DNA of 64,000 nucleotides, from NCBI GenBank assembly GCA_963850305.1, contig CAWKKR010000007.1, forward strand, positions 576,001 to 640,000, in the 5' to 3' direction. The notes beneath the pieces are model-generated. The model was not told where the DNA came from, ran no database searches, and saw nothing but the letters and a program-made list of their open reading frames with translations. The translations under genes and the position numbers were made by a program. This stretch comes from an uncultured delta proteobacterium. Its GTDB lineage: Bacteria; Myxococcota_A; Polyangia; Polyangiales; Polyangiaceae. Below are positions 19,746-36,773 of this stretch, piece by piece. Every line of letters begins with the position of its first letter. Position 1 is the stretch's first letter.

Positions 19746-21287
19746 TCACCGGACGTCGAAATGGATGCCCTGCGAAAGCGGAAGATCCGTAGAATAGTTG
19801 ATCGTGTTCGTGGCGCGACGCATGTAAGTTTTCCAGGCGTCGGAGCCGGATTCTCGCCCGCCGCCCGTCTGCTTTTCTCCGCCGAAGGCCCCGCCGATCT
19901 CCGCGCCGCTCGTCCCCGTGTTGACGTTGACGATGCCGCAGTCGGAGCCTCGCGCCGAACAGAACAGCTCGGCCTCGCGAAGATCGGTCGTGAACACGGC
20001 GGACGAGAGCCCTTGAGGGACCGAGTTGTGAAGGTCGATGGCGTCGTCGAACGCTTCGTACCGATGTACGTAAAGAATCGGCGCGAACGTCTCTTCCTGA
20101 ACGATGGCCGCGCGTCCGTCGATCTCGACGATCGCGGGTCTCACGTAGACACCCCCGCGCGGCACGCCCTTCCGGAGCCGCTCTCCACCGACCAGCACGT
20201 GTCCGCCTGCCGCGGAGGCGGCGTTGAGGGCACGCTCCATGGCCGCCGCGGCCGCTTCGTCGATCAACGGTCCCACCAGAGTCCCCTCGCTCCGAGGATC
20301 GCCGACCGGGATGGAGCGATAGACGGCGACGAGGCGCGAAAGCAATCGATCCGCGATGCTCGATTGAAGGATGAGCCTCCGGAGGGTCGTGCATCTCTGC
20401 CCCGCGGTTCCGGCGGCCGCGAAGAGGATCGAGCGAAGGGCAAGGTCTAGATCCGCCGACGAAGAGACGATCATTCCATTGTTGCCCCCGAGCTCTAGCA
20501 ACGATCTGCCGAGTCGGTTCGCGACCGTCGTGGCGACGATCCGTCCCATTCGAATCGAGCCCGTTGCGGAGATCAGCGGGAGCTGTGGTGACTCGGCGAG
20601 CCTCCGTCCGAGATCGCCTCCCCCGAGGACCAGGGCGAGCGCCTCGCCCGGGATGTCGGGCATTTCGCGGAGGACCAAGCGGGCCTGTTCGTGGCAGGCG
20701 AGCGCGGTCAACGGCGTCTTCTCGGAAGGCTTCCAGATCACCGAGTCACCGCAGACGATCGCGAGCATCGCGTTCCACGCCCATACGGCGACCGGGAAAT
20801 TGAAGGCGGTGATGACGCCGACCGGCCCGAGGGGATGCCACTGCTCTGACAGGCGATGGCCACTTCGTTCGCTTGCGATGACGAGCCCATGAAGCTGACG
20901 ACTCTGACCGACGGCGAAATCGCACATGTCGATCATCTCCTGCACCTCGCCGAGCGCCTCGGCGTGGATCTTTCCCGTCTCGAGGCAGACGAGTTGCGCG
21001 AGGGCATCTTTGCCGTCCCGCAATCGGTTCCCCAGGCGCCGTACGAATTCACCCCGTCTCGGCGCGGGCACCGAGCGAAGCTCACGGAATGCTTTGGAGG
21101 AACGGCCGATTATCTCGTCGACCTGTGGCGGCGTGGCGGCGTTGAACTCCGCCAGCGTGCTTCCGTCGATCGGCGACCGCGCGATCAGCTTTTCGCCATA
21201 GCCGACCATGGTCGTCACGCCCGCGTGCACGGCGACGGGTGTACCGTCGATTCCGAGTCGGGCTGCGAGGCTCGCGATCTCCGTCAC
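19746..21287 (-). CDS. ALDH7-type alpha-aminoadipate semialdehyde (P6C) dehydrogenase
   Basis: GEVQEMIDMCDFAVG, AFNFPVAVWAWN, LELGGNN, GQRCTT, GGGRESGSDAWK; GTG start overlaps upstream stop. Confidence 0.9.
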   Translation of the reverse strand: MTEIASLAARLGIDGTPVAVHAGVTTMVGYGEKLIARSPIDGSTLAEFNAATPPQVDEIIGRSSKAFRELRSVPAPRRGEFVRRLGNRLRDGKDALAQLVCLETGKIHAEALGEVQEMIDMCDFAVGQSRQLHGLVIASERSGHRLSEQWHPLGPVGVITAFNFPVAVWAWNAMLAIVCGDSVIWKPSEKTPLTALACHEQARLVLREMPDIPGEALALVLGGGDLGRRLAESPQLPLISATGSIRMGRIVATTVANRLGRSLLELGGNNGMIVSSSADLDLALRSILFAAAGTAGQRCTTLRRLILQSSIADRLLSRLVAVYRSIPVGDPRSEGTLVGPLIDEAAAAAMERALNAASAAGGHVLVGGERLRKGVPRGGVYVRPAIVEIDGRAAIVQEETFAPILYVHRYEAFDDAIDLHNSVPQGLSSAVFTTDLREAELFCSARGSDCGIVNVNTGTSGAEIGGAFGGEKQTGGGRESGSDAWKTYMRRATNTINYSTDLPLSQGIHFDVR

Positions 21288-22423
21288 GTTGCGGCCTTCG
21301 AGCATGAACCTGGTCCCCATGCGAGCTTCGGCTCGAGGCCGGTGTCGAAGAAGGTGCCGAAGCGATTCTGGAGCAGTTCGTCGAGACGTACCTCCTCTTG
21401 CCTGACGAACCCGCGTCCCTGGATTCGCCCTGCTGCGTGGAGGTCGATCATGGTGCATGCGCCGGCCGCAGTCGTAATCTGGATGGCGCTCCAGTTTTCT
21501 CCGTCAATCGTTTGATTATGTACCTGGCGAGCGTCGACAATCTGTACGAGCTGGCCCTGCCGCCAGCCCGAGACCGTGCAAAACACGATGACGACGTCCT
21601 GAAACGTCACGGGGATCGCGCGTTCGAGAATCTCCTTCAAGAGTCCGCGATGCTCGCCGAGACGTAGCTCGTTGACGAGAAACATGGCCAGATCGCGGTG
21701 TCCGGCGTACCGAACGGTCTTGTAGTCCAGCGATGTGACGCGCCCGTCGAGCGTTTCGCACAGAGTACCTAGCCCGCCGGAGGTATTGAACGCCTCGTAT
21801 CTCACCCCGTCGATCGACAGGTATTCGAGACCCTCCAGAGGCAAAACCTCTCGACGCTTCCCGGAGACGATTGCTTCGCCGGGATTGCAGTATTCATTGA
21901 TGAGCCCATCGGTGGACCACGTCAGGTTGTACTTCAGGGCGTTCGTCGGAAATCTCGGGAGCGCGCCGACTCGCATGTGGACGGAGTCCAGTCGTTCGAA
22001 CTTGCGACTCAGGTCGTAGGCAGCGACGGACACGAAGCCTGGCGCGAGCCCGCACTGAGGCATGAAGATCTGTCCGGGGTGGGCCTTCTCCGCGATACGT
22101 CGGATCTCGCGCGTGGTCTCGACATCTTCGGTGAGGTCGAAGTAGCAGACCCCGGCTTTCAGCGCGGCGGTGGCCACCTGGACGTTGTACCCAAAGCTGA
22201 GCGCCGAGAGCACGACGTCTCGATCGGCGAGCGCCGATCCGAGCGCTGAGGCGTCGTTCACGTCGAGTCGGATTCGCGTCGCAGCCGGGACCTTTCGTTC
22301 GATGCGCGAGAGCGCTTCGTCCGAGTTGTCGGCCACGGTGACGGCATAATCCTGGGTTCGGGTGAGCAGCTTTGCGACGGTACGCCCGATTTTTCCGGCT
22401 CCGAGGATCAGAACGCGGCGCAT
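21284..22423 (-). CDS. Saccharopine dehydrogenase family / lysine 6-dehydrogenase
   Basis: GAGKIG, YFDLTED, PQCGLAPG, YNLTWSTDGLINEY, EAFNTSGG. Confidence 0.88.
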   Translation of the reverse strand: MRRVLILGAGKIGRTVAKLLTRTQDYAVTVADNSDEALSRIERKVPAATRIRLDVNDASALGSALADRDVVLSALSFGYNVQVATAALKAGVCYFDLTEDVETTREIRRIAEKAHPGQIFMPQCGLAPGFVSVAAYDLSRKFERLDSVHMRVGALPRFPTNALKYNLTWSTDGLINEYCNPGEAIVSGKRREVLPLEGLEYLSIDGVRYEAFNTSGGLGTLCETLDGRVTSLDYKTVRYAGHRDLAMFLVNELRLGEHRGLLKEILERAIPVTFQDVVIVFCTVSGWRQGQLVQIVDARQVHNQTIDGENWSAIQITTAAGACTMIDLHAAGRIQGRGFVRQEEVRLDELLQNRFGTFFDTGLEPKLAWGPGSCSKAAT

Positions 22424-22520
22424 CCACCAAGTCTTCGCCGCCCTCACGCCCTCGGCAACCACGTCCTGAAGTGTGCCGGTCGCAATCTGGAACCCGCAGG
22501 CCGTTCGTCGGAGCGGCTGC

Positions 22521-28078
<5,558 letters not shown>

Positions 28079-28082
<4 letters not shown>

Positions 28083-31000
28083 CGCGTGCCTCCTTCCCTG
28101 CGCCCGCGCCGTCTCGTGGCGAGGGCGGCCATGAGGAACGCACCGAGGCCAACGGCGCCCGTTCCGGGCGTTCCGCGGGCTGGCAGATCGCAGCGGCAGC
28201 CGCCACCGCCGGTGGCAAGGCCGATAACGGCCTTCGAATTATCCGCTCCAGAGCCGGCGTTGCCGGAGTTCCCGTTTCCAGCACTCCCTCCCACGCCGAC
28301 GCCGTTACCGGCACCGCCAACGCCGGTACCTCCATCCCTGTTGCTCACGGCGCCGCCTCCGTCGATGCCGCCGCCGTTGCCGCCGTTGCCGCCGTTGCCG
28401 GCGCCGCCAGTGTTGCCACCCGTCGCGGGGAGCTCACACTCGCCTGCGGCGCACGATTGGCCGCTCGGGCAATGCACGCCGCTGCACGGATCGTTCCCGC
28501 AGGAGCCCGTCAATGGATCGCAGTAGGAGCCGTCGCTACAAGCCGGTTCGTCGACTCCGCCAGCACACTTGCTCGGCCCGCACGCGGCGCCACCGTCCGC
28601 GCCGCCGGGCAGACAGACCTGGCCGTCCGGGCACGTCGTGCTGCAGCCCGTGGCCTGGCAGACGCCGTCGACGCAGCGCTGGGTTGCAGAGCACGCTACC
28701 GTCGCGCAGCTCGGCACGCAGAGGGCCGATGTGAACGACGAGTTCGGCTTGCATTCCTGACCCGTCGCACAGTTCGCGTTCGTGCACGGATCCGTGACAC
28801 ACGCGCCGGCGTTGCAGGCCTTGCCGGTCGGGCAGCTGAAGAAACGGCAATCGGTGAGCGGCTCGCACCGACCCACGAAATCGCCACTCGGCACGCAACC
28901 GTTGCCCGATGTGCACTGAGTGGTGAAGCACGGGCCGTGACAGGCCGTGCCACCACTACACGTGCAGATGGGCAGGGCCTTGCCCGTGGCGTCCACCGTG
29001 CCGGCCGGACCGCACTCGATGGCGCCGTTGCTGGTGACGGTCTTCGTCGAGCAGTCCCCGCAGGTATTGGTGACACAGTAGCGCCCCGACTGGCTCGAAT
29101 CGCTGCTGAGCGACAACGTCTCGCAATCCGCGCCAGTCGGGCACGGGAATTCGCCCGGGGAGCAGGTCGACGCACACTCACAAGTCGTGCCGTCCTGCAC
29201 GCAGGCGGAGCCGCTGCCGCAGAGCGGCGGATCCGTGGACCCCGCCGCTGGAATGTTGTCGATCTGCCCGTCGCAGTTGTTGTCGAGGCAATCGCAGATT
29301 TCCGGCTGAGGCCCAATCCCGTTCAGGCATTGTACGAGACCCGCCCGGCAACCGAGCTGACCCGGCTTGCACTGTCCGACCGACGAACCGCAAGTGTCGC
29401 CGAGTTTTCTCGGGGGATTGCTCGTATCCAGTGGGTCAGCCGTGCCGTCCGTTCCGTCCGGAGAGGGGCCGGCTTCATCCACCTTGCCATCACAGTCGTT
29501 GTCCAGGCCATCGCAAATCTCCGGTGAAGGGCCGACTCCTCCCACGCAGATATACTTGCCCGAGCCACTCGGGTCGCAGGCGAGAGTGCCTGGCCGGCAT
29601 AGGCCTTGCGATCGGTCGCCCGGGTACGCTTTCGTGTCGTAGCTCGGGGTGCAGGCGTTCCCTATCGGGAGCCCGTTATCGACCAGGCCATCGCAGTTGT
29701 CATCGAGGCCGTTGCAAATCTCCGGGCTCGGCCCGGTTCCACTGCATGTGAGCTGGCCGTTCGTACATTGCTGCGTCCCGAAGGTACACACGCCGACGTT
29801 GATGCCGCACTGCGCGCCGCCGCCTGGATTTCCGTTATCGGCGACCCCGTCGCAATCCTGATCCTTGCCATCGCAGATCTCCGCGGTGGGGAGCGTGCCA
29901 CCGACGCACATCCAGCCCTTGGCACCGTCGCAAGTCAGGCGTCCCGTCTGGCACGGACTCGTCAGGGAACCGAGATCCGTGCAGTCAGCGCCCGGCGGGG
30001 TACCCCACGTGGTCACGGGCGCCGGCGCCGTGCCGAAGCTGCATGTCGTTCCGGGGACGTTCCAGCAGCCGTCCTTCCCCGCGGCGGGAGCGTCTGCGAG
30101 CACGCCATCGTCGACGAGGCCGTTGCAGTCGTCGTCGATGCCATTACAGACCTCGGGCGACGCATGGCGAACCGTGTTGCAGACCAGCGCTCCGGCCACG
30201 CATACGGTCAAGCCCGCTCCGCATTGACCCGTGCACGCAACGCCCGAACCCGGCGCGTTCTCGTCCACCTGCCCGTTGCAGTTATTGTCGATGCCGTCGC
30301 AGATCTCGGGGGTCGGTGGAACTTCCCCGACGCAAGTGAGCTGACCCGCAACGCAGGTCTCCGTTCCCTGATGGCAAGGGCCGACGTTGGGTGACGTACC
30401 GCACGCCGCGCCGCCGCCAGGGTTGCCCTCGTCCACCTGCCCGTTGCAGTTGTTGTCGACGCCGTCGCAAATATCCGTCGCCGCCGGCAACTGTCCGCCG
30501 TCGCACTCCCATCCGCCGTTCTTGCAGACGAGGGCGCCGGGTGTGCACGGCGCCGTCAGCGTTCCCGCCTTGGTGCAGGTCGCGCCCGCCGGCGGACTCC
30601 ATGTCACGGTGCTGAACGAGCACGCGTTTCCGGGGTTCTGCCAGCAACCGGGATCCGACGGCGTATCCGTCGGTTTGTCGTCGATCGAGCCGTTGCAGTC
30701 GTTGTCCTTGCCGTCGCAGATCTCCGGGGAAGGGCCGACCTGTCCCTGGCAGATCGGCTTGCCCGCGACGCAGGTCATGACGCCCGCCTTGCACGTGCCG
30801 ACGTTGGAGCCACAGATCTGCCCGAGCCCCACGAGGTTCGACGCTTCGTCGATCTGGCCGTCGCAGTTGTTGTCGATGCCGTCGCAGATTTCCGGGCTCG
30901 GAGGGACCCCACCGGTACAGACCAGCGTGCCGGCCGTGCAGGTCAGCGTCCCCGCTTTGCACGCGCCGACGTTCGAGCCGCATGGCACGCCGCCGCCCGG

Positions 31001-34000
31001 GTTCCCGTCATCGACCTGGCCGTTGCAGTTGTTGTCCTTGTCGTCGCAGATTTCGGGCTGCGGGGGTACACCACCCTGACAGAACCAGCCGCTCGTGCCG
31101 CCGCAGGTGAGGGTGCCTGCTGCGCAGGGGGTCGTGAGTGAGCCCGTTCCGGAGCACGTTGCGCCCGCGGGCGGCGACCAGCTCACGTTCTTGAAGTTGC
31201 ACGCGGTACCTGGTGTCTGCCAGCACCCAGGATTCGTCGGCCCGTCCGTGAGGTTGTTGTCGACGATGCCGTCGCAGTCGTCGTCGAGCCCATTACAGAC
31301 CTCGACGCCCTTGTTCGTGCCCCCGCTGCACTGAATCGACCCGGCGACGCAGGCAGTCACGCCCTTCTTGCAAACGCCGGTGCTCGAGCCGCAAGCGTTT
31401 CCGACTCCCGCTGTGATGTTGTCGTCGACGGTGCCGTCGCAGTCGTTGTCGATGCCGTCGCAGAGCTCGGTCGTCGGATCCACTTCGCCCTGACAAAGGA
31501 GCTGGCCAGAAACGCAGTTGAGCGTCCCCTTCTTGCACGGCGCGATGCTCGGCGCCGTGCCACAGGCGGCGCCACCGCCCGGATTACCGTCGTCCACGGT
31601 GCCGTTGCAGTTGTTGTCGATGCCGTCGCACACTTCCGCGCTAGGCAACGTGCCTCCCTGGCAAACCCACTTGCTCGCCCCCTCGCACACCAGCGTACCG
31701 GGCGAGCAGGGGGCGGTCAGGGATCCGAGACCGGTGCAGGTCGCTCCGGCAGGTGCGCTCCAGGTCTTGCCGCCGCCCGTGCAGGTGGCGCCGGCTTCGT
31801 TCCAGCAGCCGAGCGCGGCAGGCGTATCCGTCACGTTGTTGTCGATCGCGCCGTCGCAGTTGTCGTCGAGGCCGTTGCACACCTCGACGCCGGGCTTCAC
31901 TTCGCCCTGACACACCGACGCACCGCCGACGCACGCCAGGATACCGGTCTTGCAGATGCCGCGGCTGCTTCCGCAGACGCCGCCCTCGCCCGTGAGCCCG
32001 GGGTCGGCGGCGTCGATGAGGCCGTTGCAATCATTGTCCTTGCCGTCGCAGATCTCCGGGCTCGGCGTCGCTCCGCCGGAGCAAACGAGCTTCCCAGCCG
32101 TGCACTGCGTGGTGCCCTGGCAAGGCGTGCCGAGCTGCGTTCCTTGCGGAGCGCACACCGCGCCGACGCCAGTAAGACCCGGATCGGCGCCGTCCACTTT
32201 GCCGTTGCAATCGTTGTCCAGTCCGTCGCAAATTTCCGCGGACGGCCCGACGCCTCCCTGGCAGACCCAGCCACCGGCGCCGGTGCAAACGAGCGCACCT
32301 GGCTGGCAAGGCGAGGTCAGGGTGCCGTCGCCCGAGCAGGTGGCCCCCGCAGGCGGGCTCCATTTCAGCGTGGAGAAGGTGCAAGCGCTGCCGGTGTTCT
32401 GCCAGCAGCCCGGTGCGCTCGGCCCGTCGCTGAGCGGCGCCTCGTCGACCTGGCCGTTGCAGTTGTCGTCCTTGCCGTTGCAGACTTCCGGCTGCGGTTG
32501 CGTGCCGCCCTGGCACACGAGCACTCCACCGACGCAGGCGGTCGTGCCCTTCGTGCAGATGCCCTGGACGGAGCCGCACACTGCGCCCGTTCCTGCGGTG
32601 CCGGCGGGGATGTTGTCCACGATGCCGTCGCAATCGTTATCGATGCCGTCACAGATTTCCGGAGAGGGTCCGATCGCGCCCACGCAGGTCGGCGAGTGGC
32701 ATGCTTGCTGCCCCATGACGCACTGGCTCGTGAGGTTCGCGCCGGGCGGGACGTTCTTGTAAACGGTCGCTTTCGGAACGCTGTCGCAGGGTGTCGGCAG
32801 GGCCCCTTCGTCGATGACGCCGTTGCAGTTGTCGTCGAGGCCGTCGCAGGTGGTGTCCGTCGCTGCTGGCTTGGCGCTGCAGGCGCTCAATTCGCTGGTA
32901 ACGAACTTCGTCGCCCCTGCGATGCAGCCTCCGACCGGCACGGACTGCTGCGCGGCGCACGTTTCGAAGCCGGCGCAGTTTGCGGGGGGCGAAAAGCCGC
33001 ACGCGATCGGCGGCAGCGCCGCCGTGTTGTCGGCTATGCCGTCGCAATCGTCGTCGCAGCCGTCACAGACTTCGGTCGTCGGATAACACGGGGTACAACC
33101 GGTGAGGCTGTAGGGAACGCCGCTCCCCGGCGCGTTGTCGATGACCCCGTCGCAATCGTCGTCTTGCCCGTTGCAGGTCTCGGCGACGGGGCAGTGAAGG
33201 GGCGACCCGCACTTGGTGATCCCCTCGTCGACGGTGTTCGTCGAAAAATCGCTCTGAGTCTCGTCGATTTCGACGTCGCAGTTGTTGTCCTTGTTGTCGC
33301 AGGTCTCACCGGGATCCGAGCAGAGCCACTTGCTCGAAATGTTCGTCGTGTCGGTCGCCGCGTTCCAGCACGGCAAGAGCCATTGACTTCCCTTCGGAGT
33401 CGCCGCGCTGACGCTCGCGGCATAAGCAGCGACACACTTCGAACGATCGCCGCCAGCGGCGGTGCTGGTCCAGGAGCAGCACATGCTCAGGTTCGGATTG
33501 TTGGTGGCCGTCTGAAGGAACGCCAGCGTCTCGGCTGTTTTGTTCTGGTCGCAGTAGAGCTTCGAACCTTCGTCGATGCAGCCGTTGCAGTTGTTGTCCT
33601 GGTTGTCGCACACCTCGGGTTGGATCGAGGTCGAGATGATGGTCGACAGTGCCTGGCTGAGCGTGACCTCGTTGCTGGCGGTGTAGGAGGCGGTCGTGCC
33701 ACCCGCCTTGGCTATGGCATCGAGAGACGACGTCGTCGCGCCGGCAAAGCCGATCACGTACGTCTTGATCGGGACGCGCGTGCCCTGGATCACCACGCCT
33801 ACGGTGTCGAGTGCGGTCGCGGCGTTGGCGGGCGTTCCGTTGCAATCCTCGTCGCCGTCCGTCACGAGAATCACGTTCAAGCTCCGGCAAGGGCGGTCGT
33901 TCGCCGTATCGATCGGGCTCGGGTGATCGATGGTGGCGCCCCCGGTGGCGCAGTAGTTGTTGTTCGCCCAGGCCGAGGACCACCCGCCCGCGTAATACTG

Positions 34001-34819
34001 ATGCGCCGTTCGGAGAATGCCCTCGAGCGGCGTGTATCCGGATGCGTAGATCTCCTGGCTGTTGTCGGTCCGACCGTCGAAGTAGGCGAGTAGCTGCGCC
34101 GTGTTGCTCGGCGGTGTGGACGTCGGCGACCACGTCGGATCCTTCAACATGTCGACGAGGATGTTCCCGCCGTTCGGCCAGTTGGCGCCGGGCAGCTTGA
34201 CCCCGGCGACGGTCGCGCCGGTGTAGATCTGAGCGAGATTCGTCGTGCTGGCGCCGCAGTCCGGCGTGTTTCCGCACGTGTTGCTCGGGTTGTTGTCGGG
34301 ATTCGTGAACGTGCTGACCGTGCAGCCGTTTGCCGCGTAGTGCTCGCCGTCTTCAATCGGCTGGTTCGCGCCGCCGGGGCAGCTCCCGTTCGCATTGGTG
34401 CAGCTATCCGGGACGGCGCCCGCGCTGCAGCCCTGCAACTTCGTCGCGTACGTCATGAGCCCGAAGTTCACCTCGCCCGAAAAGGCCTCGATGGTCTTCG
34501 TCATCGCGCACTTCGCGTCGTTCAACCGGGTGGGCTCGAGCCCGCAAGAATTTTTGACGTAGCCGCTCTTGCAAGAGGCAGCCCCGCTCGTCGGATTGGT
34601 GCAGGAGACCATGCTGCCCGACGTATCGACGGCCAGCATGAAGTACGGCTTCGACGACGCTGGCCACTGCGATGGGTCCATGCTGCGGCACGCGGCTGAC
34701 TGCGCCGCCGTTGGCGCCGAGAACAAGAGCGGCGCGATCAGTCCCAGGGTCGCGGATGCGACGGCGAGGGCTTTCTTTCGAGGGGCGCGGGCGTGGACCG
34801 TAAGAGAGGCAAGGGGCAT
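28079..34819 (-). CDS. Giant surface protein: signal peptide, VWA domain, 23 Cys/Asp repeats, Gly linker, MYXO-CTERM
   Basis: GGAG RBS; MIDAS DTSGS...TPL...VTDG; GGGGCRC plus TM plus RRRGRR sorting tail. Confidence 0.9.
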
Positions 34820-35082
34820 GGTGACTCCTGCACGACGGCGGCGCGCACGAGGGTGCACTCCGCCACTATTACAGAGCGTCTCACGAATCCGCCCCCGGTT
34901 GAAGTCTCGCTTTCTCGCGTCTCACCGCAGTTCGCGGAAACGGCTGGCGCTCCATGGACTTCCAAAGCGTCGCCGCCGTCGCGCCGTTGCCCGACGCTCC
35001 CTCCGCGCCTGGCCGTGCGGAGGATGTCAACCATGAAATGTGCACGAGCCGGGTGGTAACCGGTCTTGCCAAAGTTCACGAA

Positions 35083-35757
35083 CTAGGGGCGTTCCGGGAA
35101 TCGGCGCCGGGTCGATCGTGCAAACTCCGTGATCTCGGCGCGCGACTTGACCCCGAGCTTTTTTCTTATCCGATGACGATACGCCTCGACGGTGCCTACG
35201 CGCACGCCGAGCGCCGTAGCGATTTCCGGCCCCGTGTACCCGCGGGCGATGAGGTCCAGGACGGCGTTCTCTCGCGCGCTCAGATGAAAGGCTCCGGGCG
35301 CGTCGCGCTCGTCGTGAAGGAGATCCTCCGCGACCCGTGAAGCGAGGGGCTCGTCGACGAAGCGTCTCCCGAGGCGGGCGCCCCGAATGGCGTCGAGGAG
35401 TCGAGCCTCGGGTGCCTGCTTGAGGACGTATCCGGATGCGCCGGCGCGCAGGGCCAGCGCCGCCTCCACCGAGTCGTCGAACGCGGAGAACACGACAATG
35501 CCGATGGTCTGCGTCTCGCGTCGCGCCGCGGCGATCGTCTCCAGGACTCCGCCGCCCGGCATTCGTAGGTCCGTCACGATGACGTCCGGCTGCACCGCGC
35601 GTACGCACGCGAGCAGCTCTTTCGAGTCGCTCGCTTCGCCGACCACCATCATGTCGCGCTGGCTCTGGAGCAGCGATCTCAATCCCGCCCGCACGACCGC
35701 ATGATCGTCGGCGACGACGACGCGGATGCGCTCTGCTGGATTAGCGACTGACGCCAT
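35083..35757 (-). CDS. NarL/LuxR-family response regulator
   Basis: ADDH, TDLRMP, YVLK receiver; LSARE...GTVEAYRHRIRKKLG HTH. Confidence 0.93.
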   Translation of the reverse strand: MASVANPAERIRVVVADDHAVVRAGLRSLLQSQRDMMVVGEASDSKELLACVRAVQPDVIVTDLRMPGGGVLETIAAARRETQTIGIVVFSAFDDSVEAALALRAGASGYVLKQAPEARLLDAIRGARLGRRFVDEPLASRVAEDLLHDERDAPGAFHLSARENAVLDLIARGYTGPEIATALGVRVGTVEAYRHRIRKKLGVKSRAEITEFARSTRRRFPERP

Positions 35758-35956
35758 CGGGGCGATTTCCCAGAACGCACTATCACGGAGAAGTCACGGA
35801 AAGCGGTCCGGTAAAGTAATCCTTTATCGGGTGACAGGTTCTCCAACCGAAATACAGGCCCTTGTTTCCTCCGGTGTAATGGAAACCAGTTGTCTTGATT
35901 CGTGTTCATTTGCGGCAAATTAGGCCCGAAACCGTTGCCGGTCGTAAGAAGGGCGC

Positions 35957-36670
35957 GTGCGAAGTCAACGGATCACGGAGGACGTCCAGCGGGCTCCCGA
36001 AGTGGACTCGCCGCCAGCTTCCGAGCGACTTCCGCGGGCGTCGCTCTCCGAGCTGCTCTGGCAGATCGACTGGACCGAGCACCTTCCCTTCGAGGTCACG
36101 AGCGGCATCGTCGTCCACGCGAGCACGTTCGAACGGTCCACGCCGTTCATTCGCGAACACTATCAAACGATCTTCGAAGAGAACGAGGAGAGTCCCTTCG
36201 CGGCGCGTCTAGCGGGTCGGAAGGAACGATACTACCGCGTCGCTGCCGACTTCTTCGAGTTCAAGGACGGCGAGGCGACGGTCGGTCTCCTGATCGGCAC
36301 ACCCGTCGATTGGTCGACCTATTACATCCGCAGCGCCGCAGCTCTCCCGAAGTACCAGGGAAAGAAGATCATCCAGCGCTTCTTCCCGAAGATGTTCGAC
36401 GTGCTTCGCGAAGCAGGTCTGGAGCGCGTCGAAGCGGACACGTCCCCGTCGAACATGGCGACGCTGCACTTGCTTACGCGGCTGCGTTTCAACCCGACGG
36501 GATCGCTCCTCTCGGACCGTTGGGGTGCGATGGTGCACTTCACTCGGTTTCTCGGCGAGCAGAGCGAAGACGTCTTCCTGCGCCAGTTCTGCACTGGCGT
36601 CGGTTATCAGCTGCGCGAGAGGGCTCGCCGCGCAGCTGCGCCCAGCGAGCCAGACGGGAGATCCACGTGA
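35957..36670 (+). CDS. GNAT-family acetyltransferase
   Basis: YYIRSAAALPKYQGKKI (motif A-like) and DTSPSNMATLHLLTRLRF. Confidence 0.8.
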   Translation: MRSQRITEDVQRAPEVDSPPASERLPRASLSELLWQIDWTEHLPFEVTSGIVVHASTFERSTPFIREHYQTIFEENEESPFAARLAGRKERYYRVAADFFEFKDGEATVGLLIGTPVDWSTYYIRSAAALPKYQGKKIIQRFFPKMFDVLREAGLERVEADTSPSNMATLHLLTRLRFNPTGSLLSDRWGAMVHFTRFLGEQSEDVFLRQFCTGVGYQLRERARRAAAPSEPDGRST

Positions 36671-36773
36671 AGAAGAAATTCGCGCACACCTGCATCTGAG
36701 TTCAGTGATCGACACAAGGGGGGCGCTATTTCTCGTGGAAGCAGTTGCGATGATTTTGGAGCACTTGCGATGA
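36667..36773 (+). other. Candidate short precursor-peptide ORF (frame disrupted)
   Basis: GTG overlaps the GNAT stop (GTGA) and reads MKKKFA..; fills the gap to the next gene; continuation ambiguous. Confidence 0.35.

Noticed and set aside
35025..35030. TTGACA (minus strand) as the -35 of the giant gene operon
   Set aside because: No -10 element at appropriate spacing
36667..36753. Selenopeptide read through two in-frame TGA codons (MKKKFAHTCI*VQ*STQGGRYFSWKQLR)
   Set aside because: No convincing SECIS hairpin seen, and the high local indel rate explains the stops more simply
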